This document shows positions 16,328-25,105 of a DNA stretch of 37,810 nucleotides, piece after piece (position 1 is the first letter of the stretch; the number at the start of each line of letters is the position of its first letter). This DNA is from an uncultured Desulfurococcaceae archaeon (GTDB lineage: Archaea > Thermoproteota > Thermoprotei_A > Sulfolobales > NBVN01), in NCBI GenBank assembly GCA_964618155.1, contig CAZUAD010000003.1:1-37810 (forward strand). Reading direction: 5' to 3'. Below the pieces are notes generated by a model. It saw only the letters and a list, made by a program, of their open reading frames with translations. It ran no database searches and was not told the DNA's origin. The position numbers were made by a program, and so were the translations under genes.

Positions 16328-17207
16328 CTATGATTGTGAATTCAGTCTTTTAAGTATTAGCTCACTTAGACTAGTGTATGTCTTATTTATAAGTTTATCT
16401 AGTGAACCTATAATGCTGTTGCACGGACTCCAATTACTTAACTCTTTACATATGCTGTTTAAGTTATTTAGTATTGTGTTCATACCTTGATATATAATTT
16501 CAGCTAAATCTACATCATTAACCAGTATAAGAGAATCCTTGCATATGTTACTTAAAATCAATGTTATGGCATCCACCAATTCATTATTGAGAAATTCCCT
16601 TGGAGGGTATGTGGATGTCAGCATAATTAGGTAATCAATCTTTAAGAGGAGTCCTTCAAGTGTGCAAGGTAGATTAGCTATTTCTTTGGATATATTAATT
16701 AGAGTAGTAATATTCAGTCTAGCTAGGGGTCCATAAATTAATGTTCTAAAGAACTCCCTTAATTCATTGTCCTTTAACATCTTGAATGCAAACCTTATAT
16801 AGTCCTTCATAAGATATTCAGCTAGTTCATTATTGATGTAGGGAATTAAAAGTTCAAGTAGTGTTAAGAAGTTCATGGATCTGCCAAAGTCTGTTCTGAA
16901 GAGTTTGATTACTTCTTTAGGATTTAAGAGGTTCATTATCTTACTTACCAACGCCTTATCATTAATTATAGTAATAGCTATGGCTTCAGCTTGATTATCT
17001 GCTAAACTCTTTATAGTTCTAATAAATAGTTCTAATAAATTCAAGTACTGAGGAAAACTCTCGTGAATTAGATGGCATGTGAAGTAAGTACTTAATGACT
17101 TCTAAGACATCCCTCATACATTTATTAACCACGCATTTAAAGGCATAATCTCTAGGGCTTTCAATCATGTAGATCATGGATTCTCCCTTCATCAAATCCT
17201 TAACCAT
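16328..17207 (-). pseudogene. orphan Leu/Ile/Asn-rich helical protein gene split by a 13-bp duplication frameshift
   Basis: ORFs 17019..17207 and 16328..17044 overlap at the duplication. Removing one 13-bp copy joins ...SSVLEFIRTI to KSLADNQ... in one frame, giving about 290 aa. I recognise no family. Confidence 0.6.
17014..17039. repeat. perfect tandem duplication, 2 x 13 bp (tagttctaataaa)
   Basis: It was read directly: 17014-17026 is identical to 17027-17039. Confidence 0.95.
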
Positions 17208-17554
17208 CTAAAACCTTTACTTCCCGATTAATATAGTTAAAATAACTTCGGCACCATTAAAGGTTCATCACTTATCAGTCAGCAGCCCCTAACCACATCA
17301 AGTGATATTTAATTCAATATTTATGTAGTTTAAGTTAACTTATTATAAAATGCTCTTTTAAGCATATTCCTTGTTATGTATTAGATAACTAGCCATCTTT
17401 CAAGAACCATACTTACTTCCTCTCTTACTATTTCAAGTTAAGTATTCTCTAACTTGATCTCTATCTTTAAAATAACTTTAAGCAAAGAATCACGTAGTTG
17501 AAGTGATTGTTATCCATCATAGTGGATAGGTCTATTATTGATACTTACCATGCG

Positions 17555-17632
17555 TGGCGGGCCCGCGGGGATTTGAACCCCGGACCTCCGGCTCCGCAGG
17601 CCGGCGCCCTATCCAAGCTAGGCCACGGGCCC
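17555..17632 (-). tRNA. tRNA-Arg (anticodon GCG), genomically encoded CCA, no intron
   Basis: The minus strand is GGGCCCGTGGCCTAGCTTGGATAGGGCGCCGGCCTGCGGAGCCGGAGGTCCGGGGTTCAAATCCCCGCGGGCCCGCCA. It folds as a cloverleaf with acceptor GGGCCCG/CGGGCCC, anticodon stem CCGGC/GCCGG, loop CUGCGGA, and T arm CGGGG-TTCAAAT-CCCCG. Confidence 0.95.
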
Positions 17633-17659
17633 ATAAGTAATTATGTTTCTGAGTGGTTT

Positions 17660-17672
17660 AGTATTTATTTTG
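17660..17672 (-). promoter_or_regulatory. TATA-like element (minus strand CCAAAATAAATAC) for the tRNA
   Basis: It lies about 30-38 nt upstream of the tRNA 5' end and overlaps the last codons and stop of ileS. Confidence 0.3.
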
Positions 17673-20600
17673 GTTCGATACCTATCACGTATTCTTCATT
17701 ACTAATTACCCATCTCTTTACGATGCCCTTACCTATCTTAACTTCGTCCTTAGACTTAACTACGTCTATCTTTGAAGCTCTAACTTCACCAGCTATGTAG
17801 CTTAGTTTACCTATGATGTAGTCTCTATGTGCTTCAGGGACATACATAGATACGGTTATGTAGGCATTCATTGGTAGGTTTAACTCCTTCCTCATAGTCT
17901 GAATTCTCCTCACGACATCTCTAGCTAAACCCATGGCCACCTCCTCCCTACTAAGTCTTGTATCAATAGCTAAACTACCCCAATCAGTGTCTTGAACCGC
18001 GTAACCCCGAGCATAAATAGGTACTATCCTGACATGCTCCTTAGTAATCCTAACTAACCTACCTTCAATCCTGAATTCATGGAACCCCTTACCTATTAAA
18101 TCCTTAGCAACCCTATCACCATTAGCTTCAAGGTACTTAATAATGCTCTTAGTTAACTCCTTGAATGTAGGACCTAATACAGCATAATTAGGCTCAACCC
18201 TATACCTAACAAGCTCCTTAACCTCCTCAGCACTTCTAACCTCTATAGATCTAATGTTCATGAGCACCTTAAGCAGATATTCATAAGACTTAACAACGTT
18301 CTTAACACTTTCATCACCCGTAAATATAATTACCGATTTAACTGGTTGCCTAAGCTTTAACTTAGCCTTCATCCTAGCAGCGGCTGCTGCCTCAACAATA
18401 CTTCTAATAACATCCATATCCTTCTCTAAGGACTTATCTATTAATTCCTCATTAACTTTAGGCCATTCAAGCATGTGAATTGAGTCAGGTAATTCAGGCT
18501 CTGCTGGTTTAATGAAGTCTTGGTAAATTTTCTCTGTAAAGAACGGTATTAGTGGTGACATCATTATGAGCCATGACTTAAGGACATAGTAGAGTGTAGC
18601 ATACGCAGCAAGCTTGTCTGGAGTGTTCTCTTCGACCCATACCCTAGGTCTTACTATCCTTATGTACCAATGACTTAAATCCTCAACCATAAACTTAATT
18701 AGGCTTCTAGCGGCATCATGAACTCTATATTCATCCATAGCCTTAGTTACATAAGCTATTAGCGAATTGAGCTTAGATAGTATCCACCTATCTTCAATTC
18801 TTAAGTAGCTTAAGTACTTTTCAAAAGTGTGTACCTTAGGGTCGAAACCATCTAAGTTCATATACGTTGAGGCAAATACGAATACATTCCATGCTATGGA
18901 TAAATCCCTCTTAACCTCACTTAAATTCTTCCATGAAAATCTAAGATCCTCCCATACAGTATTCTGAAGTACCCATAGTCTAAACACATCACGTCCCATC
19001 TTATCTATAACTTCATCGAGGCCTACGTAGTTACCCAAACTCTTATGCATCTCTCTACCTTTCTCGTCAAGAGCGAATCCATGGACTAAAACGTTCTTAT
19101 ATGGCACCCTACCAAAACCTAGAACACCAGCTCTTAGTAGGCTAAAGAACCAACCTCTAGTTTGATCATGGCCCTCAGTTATGAAGTCAGCTACGACATC
19201 CTCCTTAATCTTTGATGGGTGAGCTCTACTAGCGTAAAATGCTATACCACTATCAAACCAAACATCTATAACGTCCTTAACCCTTCTCATAGGCTCTCCG
19301 CAGACGGGGCATTTGAGGGATACTTCATCTATCCATGGTCTATGAAGTTCTTTAGGTCTCTTACCACCATACCTTAAAAGCTCATCAGCGCTCCCAATAA
19401 CTAGCTTATGTCCCTTAGGGCAAACCCATATAGGTAATGGAGTCCCCCAATAACGCTGCCTACTCAATACCCAGTCTTGTAGGTTAGTTAGCATGGACAT
19501 TATCCTATCTAAAGCCCATCTAGGTATCCAATTAGCCTTCTTAACCTCTTCAACTAATTTATCCTTAAGCTTTGTTATCTTAAGTATCCACTGATTAGTA
19601 GCCCTAAGAATTACGGGGGTCTTACATCTCCAGCACGTAGGGTATCTATGAACTATAGTTGAAGCATGTAATAGAGCGTTACGTTTTCTTAAGTCTTCAA
19701 TTATGTACCTATTAGCATCTCTAACATAAAGTCCTGAGTACTTACCAGCCTCCTTGGTAAACTTACCTTCATCATCTACGGGTGATGCTATGAACTCTAT
19801 ACCCAGTCTTCTAGCAAGGGTAAAGTCCTCGAATCCGTGACCGGGAGCTGCGTGAACAAGTCCTGTACCTTCGTAAAGGGTAACGAATTCAGGGGCCATG
19901 ACAACTCTATGGTATTTGGCAAGTACTTTCTGTATGGGTACTACATCAGCTAGCGGATGTTCATACTCAACGCCATCAAGCTTAATACCTCTAAATTCCT
20001 CAATAACTTCATACTCCTTTATTCCTGCTTCATTCATTACAGCCTTAAGTCTATCCTTAGCTAATATCAGCACTTCATCATCTATCTTAACACGGACATA
20101 GATTGCATTAGGATGGGCCATAACATATGTGTTAGCTGGTAATGTCCAAGGTGTTGTTGTCCATATTAATAAGTATTCACCCTTCTTACCCTTAATGGGG
20201 AATTTAACATATATTGAAGGATCACTTATATCCTCATACTCAACCTCATATTCAGCTAATGTCGTTGAGCATCTAGGACACCAGTAAACTATTCTCTTCT
20301 CGTTAGTCAGTAAGCCCATTTCGTTAGCCTTCTTTATGAGCCACCAAGCTGCCTCTATATATTCATCACTCATAGTAAGGTAGGGTTCATCCCAATCCAT
20401 GAAAACTCCTAAATTCTTGAACCACCAAGATAATGACTTAATGTTCCTTTCAACTATTCTTTTACAAGCTAGAATAAACTTATCAACTCCTATTCTCAAT
20501 TCTATGTCCTTCTTACTCTTAATCCCCAACTCCTTCTCAACTGCTACCTCAATAGGTAGTCCATGGCAGTCATAGCCTGGTTGATCATGAACATTATATC

Positions 20601-20838
20601 CCCTTAAACGCTTATAACGGAGTATGGCATCCTTCAATGCCTTATTCCATCCTGTACCTATATGGGGTACCTCACTTGATGGATACGGTGGTCCATCAAT
20701 AAATAAGAACCTTTTACTCCTTGTAAGGCTTAACCTCTTAACCTTACGGTAGATGTCGTTAGACTCCCAAAATCTACTAACCTCACTCTCAACTCGGTGT
20801 GGTTCGTATTGTCCCTTAACAACACCTACCTTAGGCAC
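17665..20838 (-). CDS. ileS: isoleucyl-tRNA synthetase
   Basis: The protein is 1057 aa. It has the archaeal-type HIGH region PHIGTGWNK, a KMSKS-region EMHKSLGN and an editing-domain insertion. Zinc motifs are CPRCSTTL and CWRCKTPV. Confidence 0.97.
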   Translation of the reverse strand: MPKVGVVKGQYEPHRVESEVSRFWESNDIYRKVKRLSLTRSKRFLFIDGPPYPSSEVPHIGTGWNKALKDAILRYKRLRGYNVHDQPGYDCHGLPIEVAVEKELGIKSKKDIELRIGVDKFILACKRIVERNIKSLSWWFKNLGVFMDWDEPYLTMSDEYIEAAWWLIKKANEMGLLTNEKRIVYWCPRCSTTLAEYEVEYEDISDPSIYVKFPIKGKKGEYLLIWTTTPWTLPANTYVMAHPNAIYVRVKIDDEVLILAKDRLKAVMNEAGIKEYEVIEEFRGIKLDGVEYEHPLADVVPIQKVLAKYHRVVMAPEFVTLYEGTGLVHAAPGHGFEDFTLARRLGIEFIASPVDDEGKFTKEAGKYSGLYVRDANRYIIEDLRKRNALLHASTIVHRYPTCWRCKTPVILRATNQWILKITKLKDKLVEEVKKANWIPRWALDRIMSMLTNLQDWVLSRQRYWGTPLPIWVCPKGHKLVIGSADELLRYGGKRPKELHRPWIDEVSLKCPVCGEPMRRVKDVIDVWFDSGIAFYASRAHPSKIKEDVVADFITEGHDQTRGWFFSLLRAGVLGFGRVPYKNVLVHGFALDEKGREMHKSLGNYVGLDEVIDKMGRDVFRLWVLQNTVWEDLRFSWKNLSEVKRDLSIAWNVFVFASTYMNLDGFDPKVHTFEKYLSYLRIEDRWILSKLNSLIAYVTKAMDEYRVHDAARSLIKFMVEDLSHWYIRIVRPRVWVEENTPDKLAAYATLYYVLKSWLIMMSPLIPFFTEKIYQDFIKPAEPELPDSIHMLEWPKVNEELIDKSLEKDMDVIRSIVEAAAAARMKAKLKLRQPVKSVIIFTGDESVKNVVKSYEYLLKVLMNIRSIEVRSAEEVKELVRYRVEPNYAVLGPTFKELTKSIIKYLEANGDRVAKDLIGKGFHEFRIEGRLVRITKEHVRIVPIYARGYAVQDTDWGSLAIDTRLSREEVAMGLARDVVRRIQTMRKELNLPMNAYITVSMYVPEAHRDYIIGKLSYIAGEVRASKIDVVKSKDEVKIGKGIVKRWVISNEEYVIGIEPK

Positions 20839-20924
20839 TAAGCAATCCCTCTACCAAGGTTTTGAAAGCCCTTATATAACTCTTACTTAAGTTTAAGGTA
20901 AAAACATAGCTGTTAGAATAGCGA

Positions 20925-21632
20925 TTACATCTTACGGTACCTCTCCCAAGCCTTATAGGCTGCTTGAGCCATATCCCTAATTACCTTCTCCGGGTCCTTA
21001 GCCTTCATTATGGCTGAAGCCACCAGTACGCCTGATGTCCCTAATCTTATGGCTGCATCAACATCATCACTTGTTGATATACCGGCGCCGGTTAGTATTA
21101 TTACATCCTTATTAACGCTCCTTATCAAGTCAACGGAATTAGTCACTACCTCAGGTTTTGCCTTAGACACGGCAATACCTGTACCTATTAACTCAGGAGG
21201 TTCTACAGCGATAATGTTAGGCTTAAGAACGGCGACGGCAGCACCTGTTTCAGGTACGTCAGCACACACTAGCGTTATTAAGTCTAACTTCTTAGCTTTA
21301 GTCACTAAGAAGTTTATTTCATCAAGTCTTAAACGATGCTCACTATGGTTTATTAAGACCCCATCAACACCTGTATCCTTAATTACTTCAAGAGGTAAGT
21401 AACCAGTTCTAGCACCTAAGTCATAAGGGTCAGCATGCTGAGCGAATACCTTAATCTCTAACTCCTCCTTAAATTTCCTTAACTCAGTTGCAGGTGGAAT
21501 TACAATAACCTCAATATTTCCTCCTAACTCCTTATATACTTTCTCAGCTGACTTAGCTATGTTTAAGCCCTTAATGCCGAATGCTGTAGGGTAGGCCTTA
21601 AAGTTTATTGCAAGTATAGGCTCACGAATCAT
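20925..21632 (-). CDS. tpiA: triosephosphate isomerase (short archaeal type)
   Basis: Recognised motifs are ILAINFKAY, LINHSEHR, AVEPPELIGTG and LTGAGIS. Confidence 0.9.
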   Translation of the reverse strand: MIREPILAINFKAYPTAFGIKGLNIAKSAEKVYKELGGNIEVIVIPPATELRKFKEELEIKVFAQHADPYDLGARTGYLPLEVIKDTGVDGVLINHSEHRLRLDEINFLVTKAKKLDLITLVCADVPETGAAVAVLKPNIIAVEPPELIGTGIAVSKAKPEVVTNSVDLIRSVNKDVIILTGAGISTSDDVDAAIRLGTSGVLVASAIMKAKDPEKVIRDMAQAAYKAWERYRKM

Positions 21633-21699
21633 ATCATTACCCCTAAATAAGGGATTAGCATAGAAAAATACTTTTACTCTTAATCAGTACTATAAGCAA

Positions 21700-21756
21700 A
21701 GTATCAGAGCAGGGAATACGATCATTAATCACTCGATGCGGTCTTCATCACCACCT
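21700..21756 (-). ncRNA. candidate C/D box sRNA
   Basis: The minus strand reads GUGAUGA(C)-AGACCGCAUCGA(12)-GUGA(D')-UUA-AUGAUCG(C')-UAUUCCCUGCU(11)-CUGA(D). It has the same architecture as the candidate at 2076..2134 and is intergenic between the GINS-like gene and tpiA on the same strand. Confidence 0.4.
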
Positions 21757-21811
21757 CTCCTAATGTTTAAGCCTTGTTAATAAATCTCATTATAATTTAA
21801 AATAGTATGCT

Positions 21812-22264
21812 TCATATTATCTCAACAAGCCCTAAAATCTCTAATGCTAATGCTTCAATTATGTTTAGTGAGGTTATGGTGTTTTCGATATAATCTCTAT
21901 TGCCAATTCTAAAATTACCTTTAATCTTAACCTGGACTGTTCCATCACTATCAACTTGGCCCTTGAAGCTAAGTCTGTAAAACTTGATGATCGCATCTAC
22001 AAACTTTTTTAGGACGTGGGAATCGAAGCTCTTAGGGCTAATCTTAAAGTCTTGCTCAACGTACTTCTGAATTCTTACCTTAGCTAATAATTCTATAACC
22101 TCATTAACAACTCTTTCAAATGTTTTACAGGACTCTAGCTCTAAACGACTTAAGCACCACCAGAAATTCTCATTGATGAATTTCGTAATAGCTTCTAACT
22201 CCTCATTACTTACTTCCACTAAATCCTTCGATGTAAGCTCTTTCTTAATTAACTCTTTAAGCAA
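21812..22264 (-). CDS. GINS subunit-like protein (Gins15/Gins51 type)
   Basis: The 150-aa protein has an N-terminal helical domain (ELTSKDLVEVSNEELEAITKFINE...LAKVRIQKY). It has a small C-terminal beta domain ending in ...TSLNIIEALALEILGLVEI. It sits directly downstream of priS, as Gins15 does in Sulfolobus. Confidence 0.55.
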   Translation of the reverse strand: MLKELIKKELTSKDLVEVSNEELEAITKFINENFWWCLSRLELESCKTFERVVNEVIELLAKVRIQKYVEQDFKISPKSFDSHVLKKFVDAIIKFYRLSFKGQVDSDGTVQVKIKGNFRIGNRDYIENTITSLNIIEALALEILGLVEII

Positions 22265-22293
22265 CTCCTAACCCATGTATTTCTTCCTCAGAG

Positions 22294-23292
22294 CTACATA
22301 ATCTTAACTATTTCAGCAATATCATTTAACGCTAAGAAAACCGCTAAATGAAGAGGTACTTTCACATTATCCCCCTTCAAACCTAAGATATATTCCTCAC
22401 CTAAGAACTCAAGCTTCTTCGGAAGATCATACTTAAGCCTTACTATTGCGTAATCTAGGTTAAAAGGAGAAAGGTTAGCATCATACTTAAACCTAATTAG
22501 ATCACTTTCACCATTAAGTATTAATGCAGGTAATCCTAACTTACCATTGATACTTCCAGGTATTCTAATTAGTCTTGAAATGTCTTGGGTAACTTGCTCA
22601 TCTATCTCTACGACTAATTGATCTATGAGGTATTCATCCACCTCACCAAATTTTTTAAACCTTCTTAACCAACCTCCATTAACGTCATCTAAGCTAAATT
22701 TAACATTCTTAATGTGTGGTAATAGCCTCTCAACGCTTAATCCTATACCCTTAATGTAGTCGACTATTTCACGTCTATGATGAGGTTCTAGTAAGAGCCA
22801 TTCCTTATCTTTAGGTCTAACTATTGTATGAAATCCTCTATTACCGCTAAATTGTATCTTAATCTCGGATTGAGAAAAGCCGAAGTCGTTCTTAAGTATG
22901 TCTAAGAGTCTTAACTCATGCTCCTTAGCTAGTTCAATACATGAGGGCTTGATCAAGGCTATTACTTTACCGTTAATCTTCAGCTCTATCTTATCACATC
23001 CCTTAATATGGTCCGCGTCGATGTCGAATAAAAGCTCACTTCCTAACCAACCCTTATCCTCCATTCGCTCAGCTGCAGGATCTCTATAAAGTGCTGATGA
23101 GTAATAAGCCTGTCGCGGTGTTTTCTTTATTAGGTAATCTCTAAGAACAGCTAAGCTGTTAAAACTTAGATGCCTTACGTAAACGCCTTCCTTATAAGTT
23201 TGGAATGCAAACTCCCTTAAGGGGAAGTCATCTGGCAGTATTAGGTCTGCCTTAGTGTAGTAACTGCTTAGAATACTCTTTAACAAGTCCAT
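22294..23292 (-). CDS. priS: DNA primase small (catalytic) subunit PriS
   Basis: It has the catalytic motifs LLFDIDADH and FSGNRGFH, plus IRIPGSINGK. Confidence 0.9.
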   Translation of the reverse strand: MDLLKSILSSYYTKADLILPDDFPLREFAFQTYKEGVYVRHLSFNSLAVLRDYLIKKTPRQAYYSSALYRDPAAERMEDKGWLGSELLFDIDADHIKGCDKIELKINGKVIALIKPSCIELAKEHELRLLDILKNDFGFSQSEIKIQFSGNRGFHTIVRPKDKEWLLLEPHHRREIVDYIKGIGLSVERLLPHIKNVKFSLDDVNGGWLRRFKKFGEVDEYLIDQLVVEIDEQVTQDISRLIRIPGSINGKLGLPALILNGESDLIRFKYDANLSPFNLDYAIVRLKYDLPKKLEFLGEEYILGLKGDNVKVPLHLAVFLALNDIAEIVKIM

Positions 23293-24050
23293 TACTCAAC
23301 CCTAGGTGCAACATAGTAATTAACCCTAGCTCCCTGTATGTAGTTTAATTCTAGGTAGCAAGGCATGTCCGTATCAGCACGTACCACAACAGATTCTGCT
23401 AACTTTATTGGTTGCTTCATGTAGCTTAGATACTCCATGCCATATGAGACGGAAAATCCAGGATTCTCCACTAAGGCCTCATCGAGAGTCCCCTTATCAA
23501 GGCTTAAGACTATCTCAGCTTCACCTAAGTCACTTACCGATCTCAACTTTAACTCCTTCTCATCACCTTCAATTTTTAATACATCACCAACATCTTCTAT
23601 CGAGTTTATTGCTTCATAAAGTATTGGTCCACCAACTCTATACATGTTCTTATATTCTATACTTAGTTCAGGGATCTCCTCAGCAGCACCTACTTGTAGT
23701 GGAAGCGTAAAGTACCTAGGTACCCCTCTTCTTTCGAATATGAATGTTATTGAGGACTCGGTCCAGTCAATCCCTATCTTATCATCCTTCTCTGCTGTTC
23801 TCATGATTTTACTAGCATCTTCTATATTTAATGTAAGCTTTACCTCCTTCTCTACATTGAATACGTCAAAACCCTCTTTAGGTATTATAAACTCAACAAG
23901 TGCCGTTCTTGAAGGATCCATTGCTCTAAACTTCAAACCATCATTACTTATCTCCAATATCCCCATCTCAACGAACTTCCCTACTGCAGCCATTAGATAT
24001 CTCCAAATCCTTGCATCAGCAAATAAAAGCTTCAATATAGCACACCACAC
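23292..24050 (-). CDS. pcn: DNA polymerase sliding clamp PCNA
   Basis: The ~250-aa protein has a two-domain PCNA pattern (LLFADARIWRYLMAAVGKFVEMGILEISNDGLKFRAMDPSRTALVEF...). Its stop overlaps the priS start (TAATG). Confidence 0.9.
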   Translation of the reverse strand: MWCAILKLLFADARIWRYLMAAVGKFVEMGILEISNDGLKFRAMDPSRTALVEFIIPKEGFDVFNVEKEVKLTLNIEDASKIMRTAEKDDKIGIDWTESSITFIFERRGVPRYFTLPLQVGAAEEIPELSIEYKNMYRVGGPILYEAINSIEDVGDVLKIEGDEKELKLRSVSDLGEAEIVLSLDKGTLDEALVENPGFSVSYGMEYLSYMKQPIKLAESVVVRADTDMPCYLELNYIQGARVNYYVAPRVE

Positions 24051-24112
24051 TACGTATCTAATCTAAGTTAATAGAGATTACGTTTAAGGATTAAGGGTAA
24101 AGGTATTGAGAA

Positions 24113-24448
24113 TTACTCGTATTCACGCCATACGTGTCCACAACGTGTGCATTTATATATTCTGGTTGGTGGTTCATCTGCTCTACGTGTTTGAAGTATA
24201 ACATAGTAAGCTTCATCATGACCGCACTTAGGGCACTTAACACCTCTAGTCTTTGGAACACCCTTAAACATCTCTTCATAATCTATAACATAAGTTCTCT
24301 CCGTTTCCCTATGAGTTATTCTCTTGCTTAGTACTCTCATCTTACTAGGATTCTCCTTAACATAGCCACATTTAGGGCAGACCAGTACTGTCTTACTATT
24401 TCTTCTCCTAGGCACCATTATGCTACCACACTTAGGGCAAAACTCCAT
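24113..24448 (-). CDS. tfs: transcription elongation/cleavage factor TFS (RpoM-like)
   Basis: It has an N-terminal Zn ribbon CPKCGS..CPKCGY. The C-terminal ribbon CPKCGHDEAYYVILQTRRADEPPTRIYKCTRCGHVW carries the acidic DE tip. Confidence 0.9.
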   Translation of the reverse strand: MEFCPKCGSIMVPRRRNSKTVLVCPKCGYVKENPSKMRVLSKRITHRETERTYVIDYEEMFKGVPKTRGVKCPKCGHDEAYYVILQTRRADEPPTRIYKCTRCGHVWREYE

Positions 24449-24477
24449 AGTATCACCTTACGTAGCCAGGTAGTGTA

Positions 24478-24807
24478 TCATGTATTAGAGGTTATTAAGT
24501 TAACTAACTCTTCATGTATCTTCCTCAGGATTAGGGAATACTCCCTTAATCGATCCTTCAAAAATTCAATATTAAATCTCTTAACCTCCTCCTCTACGCT
24601 ATTCACATTAATAACAAATCTTACTTCCTCCATGAGTTTATCCTTAAGCACTTGATTAAGTATTTCATTAGCTGACCCTATCTTTAAACCTATGTGCTCT
24701 AATCCCTTAACTCCCCTCACGATAGCGTATAGGACTATATCTTTATCAAGTAATTTATCCTGAAGTATTAGAAGAACCCTAATTTCACGCTTAAATCTCT
24801 TACTCAA
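24478..24807 (-). CDS. hypothetical protein (109 aa) in the rpoL-tfs interval
   Basis: It is compactly spaced, 2 nt after the rpoL stop, and has plausible composition. I recognise no family. Confidence 0.5.
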   Translation of the reverse strand: MSKRFKREIRVLLILQDKLLDKDIVLYAIVRGVKGLEHIGLKIGSANEILNQVLKDKLMEEVRFVINVNSVEEEVKRFNIEFLKDRLREYSLILRKIHEELVNLITSNT

Positions 24808-24809
24808 AA

Positions 24810-25097
24810 CTACTCCTCAATACTTAACTTATCCTTAACTATGTTGAGTAGTCTCTCCGTGATTTCCTTAACATTTCTAAGTGACTCCATTAATACTTCA
24901 ACAGGGTCCTTACTCCCATCTGTTATTATCCTAACAATTGGTTGGCCATCCAGTGGATGCTCTATAGTGTAAGCTGCTAATTCAACGTTAGGGTGTCTTA
25001 GAACCATCTTAGCTACTAAGTTTCCTAAGGTATGGTCCTCACCTAAGATCTTAAATACTAGTTCCTTCTCAGTCTTCTTCCTTATTTCTAACTCCAT
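24810..25097 (-). CDS. rpoL: DNA-directed RNA polymerase subunit L (Rpo11)
   Basis: It has the conserved GEDHTLGNLV and HPLDGQPIVRI motifs. The start is taken at MELEIRKK, which avoids overlap with the upstream gene. Confidence 0.85.
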   Translation of the reverse strand: MELEIRKKTEKELVFKILGEDHTLGNLVAKMVLRHPNVELAAYTIEHPLDGQPIVRIITDGSKDPVEVLMESLRNVKEITERLLNIVKDKLSIEE

Positions 25098-25105
25098 TAC
25101 AATCC

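Noticed and set aside
17208-17554. Search for an att-type direct repeat of the tRNA-Arg 3' half or an integrase that would prove an integrated element.
   Set aside because: Reading by eye found no copy of the tRNA sequence (for example ggggttcaaatcccc or its complement) and no integrase ORF. Only short AT-rich inverted repeats are present, so the integration idea stays a weak hypothesis.
17507-17800. A 97-aa plus-strand ORF spanning the tRNA-Arg locus and the ileS 3' end.
   Set aside because: It is antisense to a well-folding tRNA and to the conserved IleRS C-terminus. Its translation (…WRARGDLNPGPPAPQAGALSKLGHGP…) is just the GC-rich tRNA read as protein.
19039-19053. The IleRS KMSKS signature reads EMHKS.
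   Set aside because: The catalytically critical second Lys and the following SLGN are intact, and class I signature variants are common. I cannot tell without an alignment whether this is lineage-typical, so it is not reported as a finding.
23408-24066. Plus-strand ORFs (100, 60 and 140 aa) antisense to PCNA.
   Set aside because: They are Ser/Leu/Pro low-complexity products of the complementary strand of a clearly conserved gene. The same reasoning applies to the antisense ORFs at 1572..1766, 2241..3056, 5104..5526, 12246..12437, 13784..14044, 19898..20101, 21010..21402, 22898..23089, 25209..25526, 28977..29273, 30804..31892, 32170..33282, 34045..34236, 34683..34994, 35717..36283, 36693..36917 and 37395..37577.
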